This document shows, piece by piece, positions 1 through 13,532 of a stretch of 64,000 nucleotides of DNA. The stretch covers positions 3,906,001 through 3,970,000 of the forward strand of contig JBHGNT010000013.1 in the NCBI GenBank assembly GCA_043228905.1. The letters run 5' to 3'. Source of the DNA: Azolla caroliniana. Lineage: Eukaryota > Plantae > Polypodiophyta. The position numbers were made by a program, and so were the translations under genes. Numbering within the stretch: position 1 is the first letter of the stretch; each line of letters starts with the position of its first letter. The notes below the pieces were generated by a model. The model made no database searches, was not told the DNA's origin, and worked only from the letters and a program-made list of their open reading frames with translations.

Positions 1-63
1 TTCCGAACAGCTAGAAGACGCTCATTGTCACATTGGGCAACGCCGAACTGGAAGGGAAGCATC

Positions 64-521
64 TTTTAGAGATAGTACTAGAGCCGGGGAGAATTATCAC
101 TAAAGAGAGAGAGAGAAAGAATTAGGATTAGTATTAAGAAGAGGAAAAGTGTGTGGAGACTCATGAGAAAATGAGAGAGAGAGAGAGAGAGAGAGAAGAG
201 AATGATGATAACAAGTGGTATACTATATGAAGAGAAGATACAAGAGTAGCTAGGAGGCTTAAGACTGGCGTTCAACCAAATTGGTTCTGAATAATGTCAT
301 GTGCCTCTATTTATAGTACTCTCAGGAGTACTCCTGAAATTTCTAGAATGTTCCAGAGTAATATGGAATATACATGAATTTCCTATGGTGAAATAATAAA
401 TGAAAATAATATTTTCATATTACAACGCATGCATGGTTTAATGGTAAGGGTTTAACCCATGTAATACAAGGTGATGAGTTCGAATAATTTTGGAGCCATA
501 CCATGATGCCATATCATGACA
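64..521 (-). repeat. 3' LTR of the chromovirus
   Basis: Collinear with 12389-12829; ends ...catgaca with the PPT adjacent. Confidence 0.9.
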
Positions 522-565
522 CTATCCCCCCCTTTAAATGACGAGTGTTATGAGTCGTCTTTGAT

Positions 566-760
566 TTAGGACCTAGGTTTGTCAAGATATTGACGATGGA
601 AGTCTTCAAGAAGAGCTCGAGCATTCACCAAATTCGTCACTGGTTCCCAAGTACGCTCGCTTGGACTATATCCTAGCCAATCGACCAAATAATAGAGCTT
701 TGTTGTGAACAATCTTGGAGTTGAGGATAGCAGCAACCTCATACTCAAGTCCATCTTCAA
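566..760 (-). pseudogene. chromodomain at the integrase C-terminus
   Basis: KLYYLVDWLGYSPSERTWEPVTNLVNARALLEDFHRQY is a group I chromodomain motif. Confidence 0.9.
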
Positions 761-1738
761 GTTCGATCAGGGGTGGAGCTGGTGTAATATGATCTGGAAT
801 AGTGTTGATAGGGTTCTAGGAGAGAACTATGAAATACCGGATGTATCCGTAGTTGCGGAGGTAGATCAAGGTGAAAAGTGACATCATTAATTTTTTGTTA
901 ATATGGAAAGGGCCGAACCGTCGATAATTCAGTTTTTCACACAATCGAGTAGTCTTGATGTATCATCGTAATAACCATACTTGATCTCCAATATTAAAAG
1001 AGGATGGAAGTTGATGACGATCCACATAGTCCTGTGTTTGCTGGGCGTGATGTAGGTGGGTAGATATTTATGCCTGAATTCTTCGTAACCACTCCAAATG
1101 ATCCTTTGCACTAGGATTTGTAGGTAACTCAGGAGTTTCTAACACACACCAGCGAGGATGATAGCCGATATAATTGTAGAATAGTGTAACCCTAGTAGAG
1201 GAGTGGATAGAATTATTATAAGCAAATTCAGCAAAGTGTAGAATATCTGCCCAATCATCTTGTTGATAGCTTAGGAAACACCGAAGATACTATTCCAGCG
1301 TTTGATTGGTGCGTTCTGCTTGTCCATCTGTTTGGGGATGATAGCCAGATGAGAGATTGCAGGTGACCTTGAGCATTTTAAAGATATGCTTCCAAAATTT
1401 AGAGATGAATTGCGGTCCACGATCACTGACGATACTGTCGGGAAGACCATGATGCCGAAATACTTCAGGCATAACAATTCCAAAAGTTTCTTCATTAGTG
1501 ATTTCTTAGTATAGGTATGAAATGTGTCATCTTAGTATATCGATCTACCATTGTTCAGATTGCATTGAAGCCCCATTCAGTCGAAAGATCTGCGATAAAA
1601 TCGAGAGAAATAGATTGCCATGGTTTTCTTGGGATCGATAATGGCTCCAAGAAACCATATGGATGATGTCACGGTTGTTGGCATAAAATTCTGACTCCTT
1701 CCAATTTGTATCCTAATATATAACCAATAACCTGACGA

Positions 1739-2702
1739 TGTCGTGGTGTGGCGTGTCCACTGTGAGAAAAAGCGAGGTTCCACATGCATCGCTTGAAGTC
1801 ATGTACAAATAATAATAATTATTATTATATGTTGAAAGGTGTAGAGTTCGAGTCTCCCTTAGCCAATATCTAGGAACATTTTGTTCCCCTTGTTTTTTGT
1901 GATAAAGGTAATAGAAAAAAAAGCATGTAACGTTAAAATAAGCGTCTCTTTCCACTATAAGTGGGGAGGAATAGGGCCTATTATGGGGTCGCCCATTTTG
2001 CCTTAGGTGTGTACCACTAGGTTTTCATCTTCTCCTCCTCTTCTTCTTGGGTTAAGGTTTTGTAGCCTCCCTTTCTCCTTCTTCTTTTTCTTCTAGACTT
2101 GGGGTATCAAAGCTTCTTCTACCTCCTCATCATATTAGAGAACTTGGAATTTTAGGGTTTGTTAATTTACTTCTATTATTTTACTTCTTACTCAAGATAT
2201 TTTAGGGTTTGGATTTCCTAAAGAATGGCTTTTTGGCATCTTGATGGTAGCCAATTCGGTGGCCGATTGCGGAAGGGAGGGTGTACTGGCCCAAGGGCTA
2301 CTCCGAATAGAGGCAACATAGCTGTCAGAAATAGTCGAGGTTGGAGCCCATTAGACTCGCCTTCGCCAGATTATTTTTAGCCTTTGATAATTTCATAACC
2401 GATTGTTGTAAAAACCACCGAAATCGTGGTGTCCAGCCTAGAAATTCTAAGGAAAACAAAAACGCATTTTGATTCATAGCTGTTTTTGAATAATCATGAA
2501 ACTAATTCTATGTAAAAAAAAAGACCTACTGAAATCGTGGTATTAAACCTAACTATTGTTTAACGCCTATTTTATATCAAACTTATGTATATTTTCCCCA
2601 TATCTTTCTCTGGATCTCCCACTTTGTCACTCTTTTTATCTCCCCGGTCCAAGGCCCCGATAGTCCCATTCGAGCGACACACGCACGCAAAAGTCTACAA
2701 CA
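1739..2702. repeat. probable solo LTR inside the 5' LTR of copia B
   Basis: TG...CA ends (tgtcgtgg/ctacaaca), flanks acga/acgg; the segment is absent from the matching 3' LTR. Confidence 0.65.
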
Positions 2703-2999
2703 ACGGTGTAAAAAGAGAGAGCTCCTTGATCATCTTATATAAAGCATCTCGAAGAGAGAGAGAGAGAGAACATAATAAAAAGCTTTCATTAAAGCTTAAA
2801 CCGTGTCTATCTTCTGTTTATTCTCATGACTTCCTTCTGTTTGCTGAGCTCATACGACTGGTCCTTGCACATATGTTTCCGCATATTCAATCACCAACTG
2901 GTATTAGAGCGACTTGCGGTTCGGCAGTAAAAAACAACAAAAAAAGAAAGGCTGAAAGGAAAAGACAAGGTCAGTAACATCTCACTTTCGAAGAAGAAC

Positions 3000-5900
3000 A
3001 TGGCTTCAACATTTGGAACAAGACTTGAGTCAAGAAAATTGGATGGCAAAAACTTTGCCCTATGGAAGGAGATGATATAGGATGTGCTTGTCATCAGAAG
3101 ACAAGTCAAAGCTATTTGACATAATGAAAAATTTGCCTTGATGACAACTAAAGAGTGGATATCTACAGACGAAATCGCACGCTCCACCATCCGAATGCAT
3201 TTGGTCGAAAACGTCTACTTCAGCATGGCAAAAGAGACGACAACGTTCTCATTGTGGGAGAAGGTACAAGTGGTGCACGAAAAAAAGTCCTCATCTTCAA
3301 AACTGATTTTGATCAAATAACTGTTCAACTTGAAGATGAGAGAGACCGATCCGGCTACCTCCCACATCAACACCTTCAACCGGGTGTTGTCAAAACTTTC
3401 CTCACATAGGATCAACTTTGAAGAAGAAGTTAAAGCACTTGCCCCCCTATCGAGCTTACAGCCGAGTTGGGAGGTATTCTGCACGACGTATGCCAATAAC
3501 CGGCCAATCCTAAATCTGGATGAGATGATTGACCAAGTCCTCACTAAGGCCATTTGGCGAAAATCGATGGGACTCACCATCGATGAATCGGCAGAAGCCC
3601 ACTACTCGACCGAGTCGGTCAATCGATTGAGTCGATCAAGGGAACAAGCTGACAGAACTGGTCGACACCATAATTCATCTAAAACGAGGGGAGAACGACA
3701 ACAGTCGAAGTCGAGAATGGGCCGATCAGGAGAATTTTGCACACATTACAGAAAAGTTGGCCATAATGTTTCCGACTGCTAGTCTTTAAAAGGAAAGAGA
3801 GTGGTCGGCGATCCGAACGGAATCAAGGAAGACCCGACTCGGACCACTCTCTAGTCAGTAGCCAAATCAACGTTGCCGACACCAGATCAGGAGTAGTTCT
3901 CTCCTTAGAGGATTGAATGATCGGAGTAGTCCTCTATAGTGCACAAGATGTACAAACGTGGTTACTGGATTCTGGTGCCACATTCCACGTGACCCCTAAT
4001 ATTGAATGGTTTTTAAACTATTTAGTCGGCGCCAATGGCACAATCCGACTAGGCAATGGGCAAGAGTGCAGAATAGCAGGAGTTGGAAAAATACCAATTC
4101 AACTGTCAAATGGCAACACAATAATCCTACACCAAGTCCGGCACGTACCAAGTGTAGAGAGAGTCTGGTCTCCATCGGCATGGTAGATGAAGACGGGTAT
4201 CGAACGACTCTAAGTGAGTTGGCATGGATGATCAACCAAGGAAACTTGAAGATAGGAGGCGGGCACAAGTACAATAACTTGTATCCATTAATGGTGATCA
4301 ATCCAGAAGGGTTTGTGAATGTAGAAGAAAAAACCGACCCGAATCTATGGCATGGCCGACTCAGCCACATGTCTCAAGCTGGACTCGACCGACGGATGGC
4401 GGTTGGCTACATTCCAAGACTCCAAGCAAAGACCAACATTTGTGAGCATTGTCGATACCCGAAACAGACCCGGAGTCCGCACTCTCTATACTACGAGATG
4501 ATACAACAACCCCTTGAGCTCGTGCACATAGATATATGTGGGAACCAGTCGGGATACAAGGTGAAGACACTCCGATCTGACAACGGAGGTGCGTACACCT
4601 CCAGAGCCTTCAAACAGTACTTGCCCGACAAAGGGATCCGACCTCAAAAGATTGTTCCTTACACACCCATGCTGAATGGAGTGGCAGAATGGATCAACCA
4701 AATGATCGAAGAGAGGGTGACGGAAATGCTCCAGCAAGATGGACTAAACCTGGTGTTCTGGGCTGAGGAATTGCAAACGGTAGTATACCTAGTAAATCTG
4801 TCACCGTCGAAAGCAAGCATGCTCGAAGTGCCACATGCACTATGGTCAGGTAAACAACTAACCTACGATAGGCTATGTATATTTGGATGCGAGGCCTATG
4901 CATTCATCCCCAGGGAGAAAAGGACCAAGTTGGCACCCCCTACAATGAAGTGCATATTTCTCAGTTATGGAACTGATGGGGACTTCGACTATAGGCTATG
5001 GGACCCTGAGAACTGGAAATTGATCTGGAGTAGTGACGTAGTCTCCAATGAAGACTCTATCTTCTCTGAGTGGAACCAACAGAAAATAACTGGTAAAAGG
5101 GTATCCTTCAAAGACGACAGAGTTGTCATAGAAGGACTGACCCACCAGACCAACTCAAAGATTCGACATAAAGTCGAAATTCGAACAAGCCTACAACATA
5201 CCTGCCGACTCCGAATCGATAGGAAGTTTAAGAGGCGAACTCGAAGACAAAGTCATCAAAGACAAAGTCAAATCGACCAGAGTCGGGAATGATATAGTCC
5301 AACCGACCAAAACACTGGATATGGCTCAAATGAGACCCGAGTTGACCAAGTAGCCAAGGGAGAAGAACAATATGACACCGCCAAAATCTCATCATGTGGA
5401 CGGGTCAACCAACAAGACTCCTGACACAAGTGGTTCAACAACTGCCGATCGACCAACAAAGACGATCGAAGGATCCGAACCACTCATTTCGGCACCTAGG
5501 AGATCTGGACGAGCTTGAAGGCAAACAAAGTTTTATCAACCGGGCCTCGACTACGTCAACTACACCAATGCAGGTGAACCAAGCACATACAATGAAGCTA
5601 TGGCCACACCAGATGCCGACACATGGCCGCAAGCCATGAAATCTGAAATGGACTCGATTCACAAGAATCAGACATGGGAGCTGGTTGAACTACTAGGTGG
5701 AAGAAAGCCGCTACCTTGCAAATGGGTTTTCCGATACAAATATGTATCTAACTCAGAGAAACCCAAGTACAAATCTCAGCTTGTCGCGAAAGGGTTCAAA
5801 CAAGAACATGGGGTAGACTACGACGAGATATTCTCACCAATAGACAAGATGACCACCCTCAGACTGCTACTAGGAGTCGTAGCAACAGAAGACCTAGAGC

Positions 5901-6980
5901 TCAAACATATGGATGTAAAGACGAGATTCTTACACGGAGATCTGAAAGAAGACATCTACATGTCTCAACCGGCAGGCTTCACGGTAGCGGGGGAGGAAAG
6001 TCACCTCGTATGTTGACTGAAGAAAAGTCTCTATGGCTTGATACAAGCGTTGAGGATGTGGTATCAGAAGTTTGACTCCTACATTAGGCAGCTTGGATAC
6101 CGACGATCAAACTCCGACCCATGCATGTATATTCGGCAACTGGCCGACGAGTTTAGGATTTATCTGATCCTATATGTTGAAGACATGCTAATTGCAGGAA
6201 ACAATAAAGTAGATCTCAGAAAGCTGAAGCGGAGCTTTCATGACAAGTTTGCGATGAAGGAACTTTGACAAGCCCGTCACATCCCGGGCACGAGGATTGA
6301 GCGAAATCGGACAGCCAAGACTCTCCAACTCTCCCATTCCAATTATATCTGGAAGGTGCTGAAGCACTTCAACATGAAGAATGCGAAGCCAACACCAACA
6401 TCGCTTCCAACGTCGATCCGACTATCAGACAAAGACTCTCCTTGAACGAACAAGGAGAGAGACCTTAGTGGAAAGATGCCCTACGCATCAACTGTTGGAA
6501 GTATAATGTACGCAGTGGTGGTGACTCGATCTGACCTCACCTATGCCGTAGGGGTGGACGGAAGCATTGGGAGGCCTTCAAGCACATCCTTAGGTATTTA
6601 AAAGGAACCATGGATGCACAACTGATTTTGGTTTGACAACCTCAACCGAAGTCGAAGGCTACACTAACTTTGAGTCGGAAATACGGACAATCGGAAGTCA
6701 ACATCATGCTACTTCTTCACATATGGTGGTGGTGCGATATCATGGAGGTCTAAACTTCAAGAGTGCACAACTCTGTCGACGACAGAGGCCGAGTACATAG
6801 CAACATCGGAGGCAGCGAAGGAAGCGATTTGCTTGCACCGACAGTTTGGCGACTTCTTAGCCCACAAGCCGAATCAACCGACCAGCGCCGACCATCTATT
6901 GGAACTCACAAAGCGTAATTCACCTCATCAACAATCCTATCTATCACGCAGAGGAAAATCATATTGAGGTGCGGTACTGT
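3000..6980 (+). pseudogene. copia B gag-pol polyprotein, many stops and frameshifts
   Basis: ORF fragments 3138-3782 (gag), 3917-4186 (protease), 4006-5292 (integrase), 5600-6268 (RT), RNase H to ~6980. Confidence 0.9.
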
Positions 6981-7342
6981 TAATTTTAATTAGGATAGAC
7001 ATTGAACACATCTTTACCGACTCAGCCACATGCTGACTTACTTGTTAATATAAATTTAGAGGAATTTTGTAATCTAGGTTTATGGGGGAGATAACCCCAA
7101 ACACTTGTACATGCAGGAAAGAATAGTCCTTTTACAAGGGAGTTTGTTGGAATAAAAGTTTGACTACTTCCAATTTGTATCCTAGTGTGAACTCGTCGAA
7201 AGAGTTAGGGCTTAGTATATAAGCAATAACCTAACGGTGTAAAAAGAGAGAGCTCCTTCATCCTCTTATATAGTGCGTCCCTGAGAGAGAGAGAGAGAGA
7301 GGGAGGGAGGGAGAGAGAGAGAGAGAGAACATAATAACAAAG

Positions 7343-9242
7343 TGTTGAGAGAAAAGCTCAACATTCGGTGCGTAATTGGGTGTGTAACCCAGTGTGTAAA
7401 TTGGGTGCGTAAAACCATGCACACAATAGGCCGTAGCAGTGCGTAAACCACGAGGCCGTTAGAAAGATATTCCTCATAAGGGAATAAATTTTGGGAGTTT
7501 GTGTAGTAGGCTCATTTATGAGTGGTCAAGTACTGTTAGTACTTGTGTCTGCCCTATTGTCAGGGCTTGTATAAAAGGTGGCTGATTACACCACCAAGAT
7601 CAAAGAAATCTGTGACTCTCTCGCCTCCGTCAACATGAATGTCGAGGAAGATGAAATGGTGCAGGTTTGTCCTCGTGCCTTGGCGTCAAAGTTCGGACCT
7701 TTTTGAACGACGGTCTGCACGAGGGAGATTACGCATTCGTTTTTGAGCTTCAGTCAACGTTGTTCGTAGAAGAAAACCACGCGGGTGTGTCGACGAGTGT
7801 GCACGTCGATGGCAAGATGCTTTAGATGGAGGATGATAGGCCCTGTGGTCGTGGTGGACGAGGAGGATCGGTGCGCAATGGAGGCAGCCGAAAAGAGCAG
7901 AATGTACGACATAATCGAGATGCCAGAAGCAATTCCGAACCCTCCACAAGTAGGGGGAGTCATGGCGGCGCCGGAAGACGACAAGAGAAGACTGTGCCGG
8001 AATGCTGGTACTCTGGCAAGAAAGGCCACAGGGAGAGCGAGTGTTGGAAGAAACAAGACGACTCGGAAAAAGCTGGACCGAGTGGAAGAGACGCAGGAAG
8101 GCGTCAAAGATTGTACTACGCTGAGGGCTCTGAACAAGCCGGAGATGGAGTGAGCCTTGCCTTTTGTAATGAAGCATAAGGCCAACTCAATGGCCGTGAA
8201 CACCTCGAAATCAAAGCGAGGTGTGGTATGTCGATTCCGGAGTGTCAAATCATATGACGAGTCACGAGGAATGGTTTTGGTACTTGGAGAAGCCGGAATC
8301 AAGAGGGGTTGTCGAAACGGGAGATGACACCCTGCATACCATTGAACATGTCGGTGGAGTTCCCCACAACCACGTCGGGTAGAAGGGGAAGCTTATGAAC
8401 ATTTCGCACGTCCCGACAATAACGAAGAACTTGGTGTTGGTCGGTCAGATCATCGACCAAGGTATGCAAGTTCGATTCACGCACCTCGGCTGCTTCATAG
8501 AAGAGGAAGGCAAAGTAATCGCGCAAAGGTGTCGTTAAGGGAGGATGTTTATCCTCGACACTAATCAAGCTGGAACCACGTTGTACGCGAAAGGACAAAA
8601 GGTCGAATCAGATATCGACCTGTGGCACAAGCGATTCGGCCACGTAAATTTCCCATGGCTTTGTGAAATGCAGATGAAGAACATTGGTTTCGGGTTGCCG
8701 AAATTTCATGGCCGGAATGGCCAAGTCTGCGAAGCCTGTATGAGGAGCGCAAGCGAGGCGTGAAGCCAGAAGGAACTAGAGCATAGATCTGGAAGAACGG
8801 ATGGAACCTCAAGTTGAGCTTGAGGAGGAGTGTTGAGAGACAAGCTCAACATTCGGTGCATAATTGGGTGCGTAATCTAGTGCCTAAACTGGGTGCATAA
8901 AACTGTGCACACAAGAGGCTGTAGTGGTGCGTAAACCATGAGGCCATTAGAAAGATATTCCTCGTAAGGGAATAATTTTGGGAGTTTGTGTAGTAGGCTC
9001 ATTTATGAGCGGTCAAGTACTGTCAGTACTTGTGTCAGCCCTATTGTCAGGGCTTGTATGAAAGGTGCTCACTGAGTACGGTCTATGTACAGATTAAGTA
9101 TTATTTGAATTGATTTTCTGTGTATTCTCTCTCCCTCTCCCTCTCCATCTCTGTGTCTTCTGTGTTTTACCGAACTGTCTTGTTCCTTCGAACTGTGTAC
9201 TCTGTGTTTCGCATACGATTCTGCACAACGTATTCTTTTACA
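7343..9242 (+). mobile_element. internally deleted copia element nested in the 3' LTR of copia B
   Basis: Perfect TSD caaag (7338-7342/9243-9247). Truncated 5' LTR from 7343, full 3' LTR 8831-9242, PPT gaggaggag. Only gag end (CWYSGKKGH), protease and GAG-pre-integrase (LWHKRFGHVN) remain. Confidence 0.88.
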
Positions 9243-10781
9243 CAAAGCTTCCATTAAAGCTTAAACCGTGTTTATCTTCTGTTTATTTTGTTGCCTTCCT
9301 TCTATGTTGTTTGTTGAGCACATACAACTGGTCCTCACACATACGTTTCTGCATATTCAATCATCAACAACATCTTCGCTCTACAACATGTACCACATTT
9401 CCGAACATAGTCTTCCACAAATCTCTGCATTTGAGGCCACCAAAATGATCGTTGTTCTAAATCCAACGTTGTAGTACTACCAAAATGTCCAGTTGTGTAT
9501 GTGTCATGACAGTTTTGTATTATTCAAAGGCGGCACGAACCATTGGGAACATACAAAACTTTCTTAAAGAAGAGTAATCCATTATGACATTCGAATTGCT
9601 GATAATCTATACCTGGTTGTTGTGATCATGAACAAGATACTTGAAAAGGATCGATTTGATCTAGAATAGCTTGAGAGAAAACATTCGTCTTCAAATCTTC
9701 ATGTATGGTATCAATAATGGGGGAATCCAATGGAGTGTCAAAGACCCACGTTGCTTCAAGTCATGCCGGATCAAGGATTACTTGCTTTTGATTGTCGAAG
9801 GCTGGATCACCAAGATGAGGAGCTAGATACGAGCATTGTGATAATGCATCCTCCTTCTCCTATTGCTTTCTTGGAAGCTATGTAATCTTGAAGTCAAAAT
9901 GGGTGAGGAATTGGGCCCACTGAACTTGTCATCTATTTAATACGCGAACATTCGGGAAGTAGGCAAGATTCTTGTGATCATTGAATACATGACTTGATGA
10001 GGAGATCCTTCTAAAAAATGCCTCCATTGTGCAAAAGAATCCACTATTGCTAAGAGCTCCTTGTCATGTATCTTGTAGTTGATTTCGGTGGTGTCAAATT
10101 TGCGTGTGTGGAAAGCCAACGAATGTAGCTTCTCATCGTCACCTTGTTGTGACAAAATACTACCGAGGGCGAAATCGTACGCGTTTGATTCAATGATAAA
10201 TGGTTTCTGTGGATCATCATGAGCTAATGTAAATGCTTTCTTGAGACCCTCAAAAGTTGTGTCTGCTTCCTTAGTCCAAACAAATGATTGCCCTTCTTTG
10301 TATGCTATGTGAGCGACAAAATAAACTTTGAGTAGTCCTGTATAAACTTGAGATAGAAGTTTGTGAATCCTAAAATGCATTGCACATCTTGCAATGAACG
10401 TGGTGTCTACCACTCCAACAAAGTTTGGACTTTAGCTGGATCCATAGAGATGCATTTCGCTGAGATGACATAGCCTAGAAATTCCACTTGATTACAGTCA
10501 AAGCTACAGTTTTCCATCTTTGCATAAAGAACATGTTCTCATAGTCATCTTAGTACTAATAGTACATGAGAATCATGCTCCTCTTGTGTCTTTGAATAAA
10601 CTAATAGATCATCCAAGTAGATAATCAAACAGATGTCCAAAAGATCTTGGAATATATCATTTGCCATGTGCTGGAAAACCGTTGGCGCATTGGTGAGGAT
10701 GAATGGCATAACCATACACTTGAAGTGCCCATATCGGGTGCGGAAAGCTGTCTTCCATTCGCTTCCCGGTCCAATCCGTAT

Positions 10782-11150
10782 TGTTGAGGGATGGGGGGTG
10801 GAGTCAAGAACGACTCCACCCCCTTCCCAAGGGGGTTGAGCATGAAGAAACTAGAGTGAAAGAGAAAGAGAGAGAGACAAAACTATGTTGAGAGGAAAAC
10901 TAGTGTTTCATTCATGTCCCCTATGGTGGGGTTATATAGGTAAATTCCATGAGGGTTACAATCCAAGAACATCCATGAGGGTTGTAGGTTAGTTACATAA
11001 CCTTGTAACAACCTACCCACTTTACATATTAATATACTCACTCACTCATGTGCACATTTGCACATACACTTACACATGTCTTTTAACACAAAGACTTCAC
11101 TTATCTATCCATGTACCAACACACTATACTATCAATTTTCACGGATAACA
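10782..11150. repeat. solo LTR inserted in the chromovirus RT
   Basis: TG...CA ends, TSD cgtat/cgtac; removal restores [17 protein letters not shown]. Confidence 0.8.
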
Positions 11151-12388
11151 CGTACAAGGTTATATCTCTAGGATTGTCTAACCAAACGACTCCTATTTTG
11201 GTTTAACTCTTCTTCTAATTGACTAAGGACCTCAAATTTGTTTTATAGGCTTGGGCTATTAGGACTATCTGACACTCCTAATGAAATAGACTCGAATTTA
11301 GTACTATTAGTACTAACTGCTATTTGATTTACCTGTCTTCTTGGCCTATGAGGATAGTTCACTACAATATGCCCCGGTCCACCACAATAAAGACATAGTC
11401 GATTTGCTTGGCGTCACTGCTTTTCCTCTTCCGATAATGGTCCGAGACAACGTGTAGAGTCGATTTCCATCGAAGTTGGAGCATTTGTTAGAGGCTCATT
11501 ATATGACTCTCTTGGAAAAGGTTTTGCTACAATTGAGGCGTAGGTGGGCTCTAATCTTGTCCTTGGCATCTGGAACTGACGTTCCAAACGTTCTTCGAAA
11601 AGGCGGTTATTGCATCGTACCACTCAAGTGATTGCTTCTATAAGCGGTGACTTTGGTTTTTCGGGGAAAGTCAAAAGTAAATCCTTACGTAGGCCATTGC
11701 GAAATTGCTCCATCAATGCTTGGTCATCCTAGGGAATATCGGTGGCGAGAAGACGGAAATCCGCGGCATAAGCTAAGGCCGGCCAATCACCTTGACGGAA
11801 TCTTCAGATTTTGTTCATTTCCGTCCAAACACTATCAATATCCCCAAAACATACTTTAAACTCACTAATAAACTCTTCAAAATTATTTAACAACGGAGAG
11901 CCTTTTTTTAATAAAGGGGCGAACCATGCCAAAGTTGTGGCACTAAGTAGCGCGCCTACTAGTCCCACTCATGATGCATCAGTGGGATATCGAGAAGGAT
12001 GCATTTGAATCACCAAACGTACCCGATTAAGAAATCCTCTAGCTGTGATCGCGTTCCATCAAACTTCCTAGGAAGACCGATCTTGGGTTCTTTGGGAGTC
12101 CCTTGAGTGCTTGATCCTTGTTGTAGTGACACAATAGTTGCTTCAAGTTGTTGCACACGTAACGTCAACTCTCGGTATTGTTGTTGTTTTTCTAGAGCTA
12201 TTTCTTGAAGATCACCCAACAGACGTTGATTTTATTGTTCTAGTGCTACAAACTTCTCTTTGAAGCACTAGAGCTCCGAGAAAATGGATTGGTATTCTTA
12301 AGTGCTAACAATTTCCATTTAGTAGGAAGGATAAGAGGATTAGTATGAAGGGCAGGAGGGATAAGAAGATGAACAATTCGGTTCAAAC

Positions 12389-12829
12389 TGTTAGAGATAG
12401 TACTAGAGACAGGGAGAATTAGTACTAAAGATAGAGAGGAAGAACGAGGACTACTACTAAGAAGGGTGAAATTGTGTGGAGACTCATGAGAGGAGAGAGA
12501 GAGAGAGAGAAGAGAATGATCATAACAAGTCATATATTATATGAAGAGAAGATACAAGAGTAGCTAGGAGGCTTAAGACTAGCATTGAACCGAATTGGTT
12601 CTGAATAATGCCATGTGCCTCTATTTATAGTACTCTCAAGAGTACTCCTGAAGTTTCTAGAATGTTTTGGAGTAATATGGAATATATATGAATTTCCTAT
12701 GGTGAAATAATAAATGAAAATAATGTTTTTCATATTACAATGAATGCTTTAATGGTAAGGGTTCAACCAATGTACTACAAGGTCATGGGTTCAAATCCTT
12801 CTGGAGCCATACCATGCCATGTCATGACA
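12389..12829 (-). repeat. 5' LTR of the chromovirus
   Basis: TG...CA ends, TATAAATAG box on the minus strand, collinear with 64-521. Confidence 0.9.
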
Positions 12830-13532
12830 ACATCTATCCCTAGAGTAGGTGACGTGAAGCTTATTGACTGAGGAAGCTCGTCGAAAGGACATAGAGTCCA
12901 TTGATGACTTGAATTCCTTAGTCACAGAAATTGACACAAATATAGGAAGAGGCTGGAATCGAAGTCCACGGAATCGAGATAAGTCGGGGACGAGGTCGAA
13001 GTCGAGGGGAAGGCCCACGTGCTTCTATTGGGGGAAGCCAGGCACTTCCGAAATAATTTCCGATACTTTCTAGAGGAGAAAGGGGGAGTTAATGGTGTAG
13101 AGCCAAAGAAGATTCCGGACAAAAGGAACACCTCAGCAATCGCCGCAATTGAAGAAAAGTTGTTGTTCATTAAACACCGGGTCATTTGAAACAGGTAATA
13201 TGTCACATTATGAGAACACTACGTCGAAAAAGGGCACAAAAGCACGCAGTTTTCAGAAAGACACGATGCGTGCGTAAAGCTTTTCAAAAAAGGTGGCAAA
13301 ATATATTGAATTTCAACATGACTACCACTTTGAGTCATAAGTAAAATGCCTCCAAAAATACATCACCAAAATTACAAAATAATGTACAACATGTCTACCA
13401 GTTACAATTATACATATTCGTGAGTTTACATCCAAAACAAATTTACAAAGTTTCCGATCATGTAGTAAAACAATCCCCAGCTTGAACCAAACCAATATAT
13501 TAAGACATGTCTTATGGACTAGAAGAGCATTC

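Larger units (their letters stand above)
1676..9369 (+). mobile_element. Ty1/copia retrotransposon B nested in the chromovirus integrase
   Basis: Matching LTRs 1676-2898 and 7145-9369, both interrupted. PBS tggtattagagc (tRNA-iMet-like) at 2899. Fragmented gag-PR-INT-RT-RH 3000-6980 (WLLDSGATFH, LWHGRLSHMS, FWAEE, AKGFKQEHGVDYDEIFSP). No clear TSD. Confidence 0.88.
64..12829 (-). mobile_element. Ty3/gypsy chromovirus (Tcn1/Tf1-sushi-like), decayed, with nested inserts
   Basis: LTR pair 64-521 and 12389-12829; TSD gcatc/acatc (4/5); PPT aaagggggggatag next to 521. Minus-strand order: gag with CCHC (12219-11340), RT (WKTAFR, YLDD ~10610-10780), RNase H (9937-10413), integrase (1290-1472 [10 protein letters not shown]), chromodomain (566-760). 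Confidence 0.9.
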
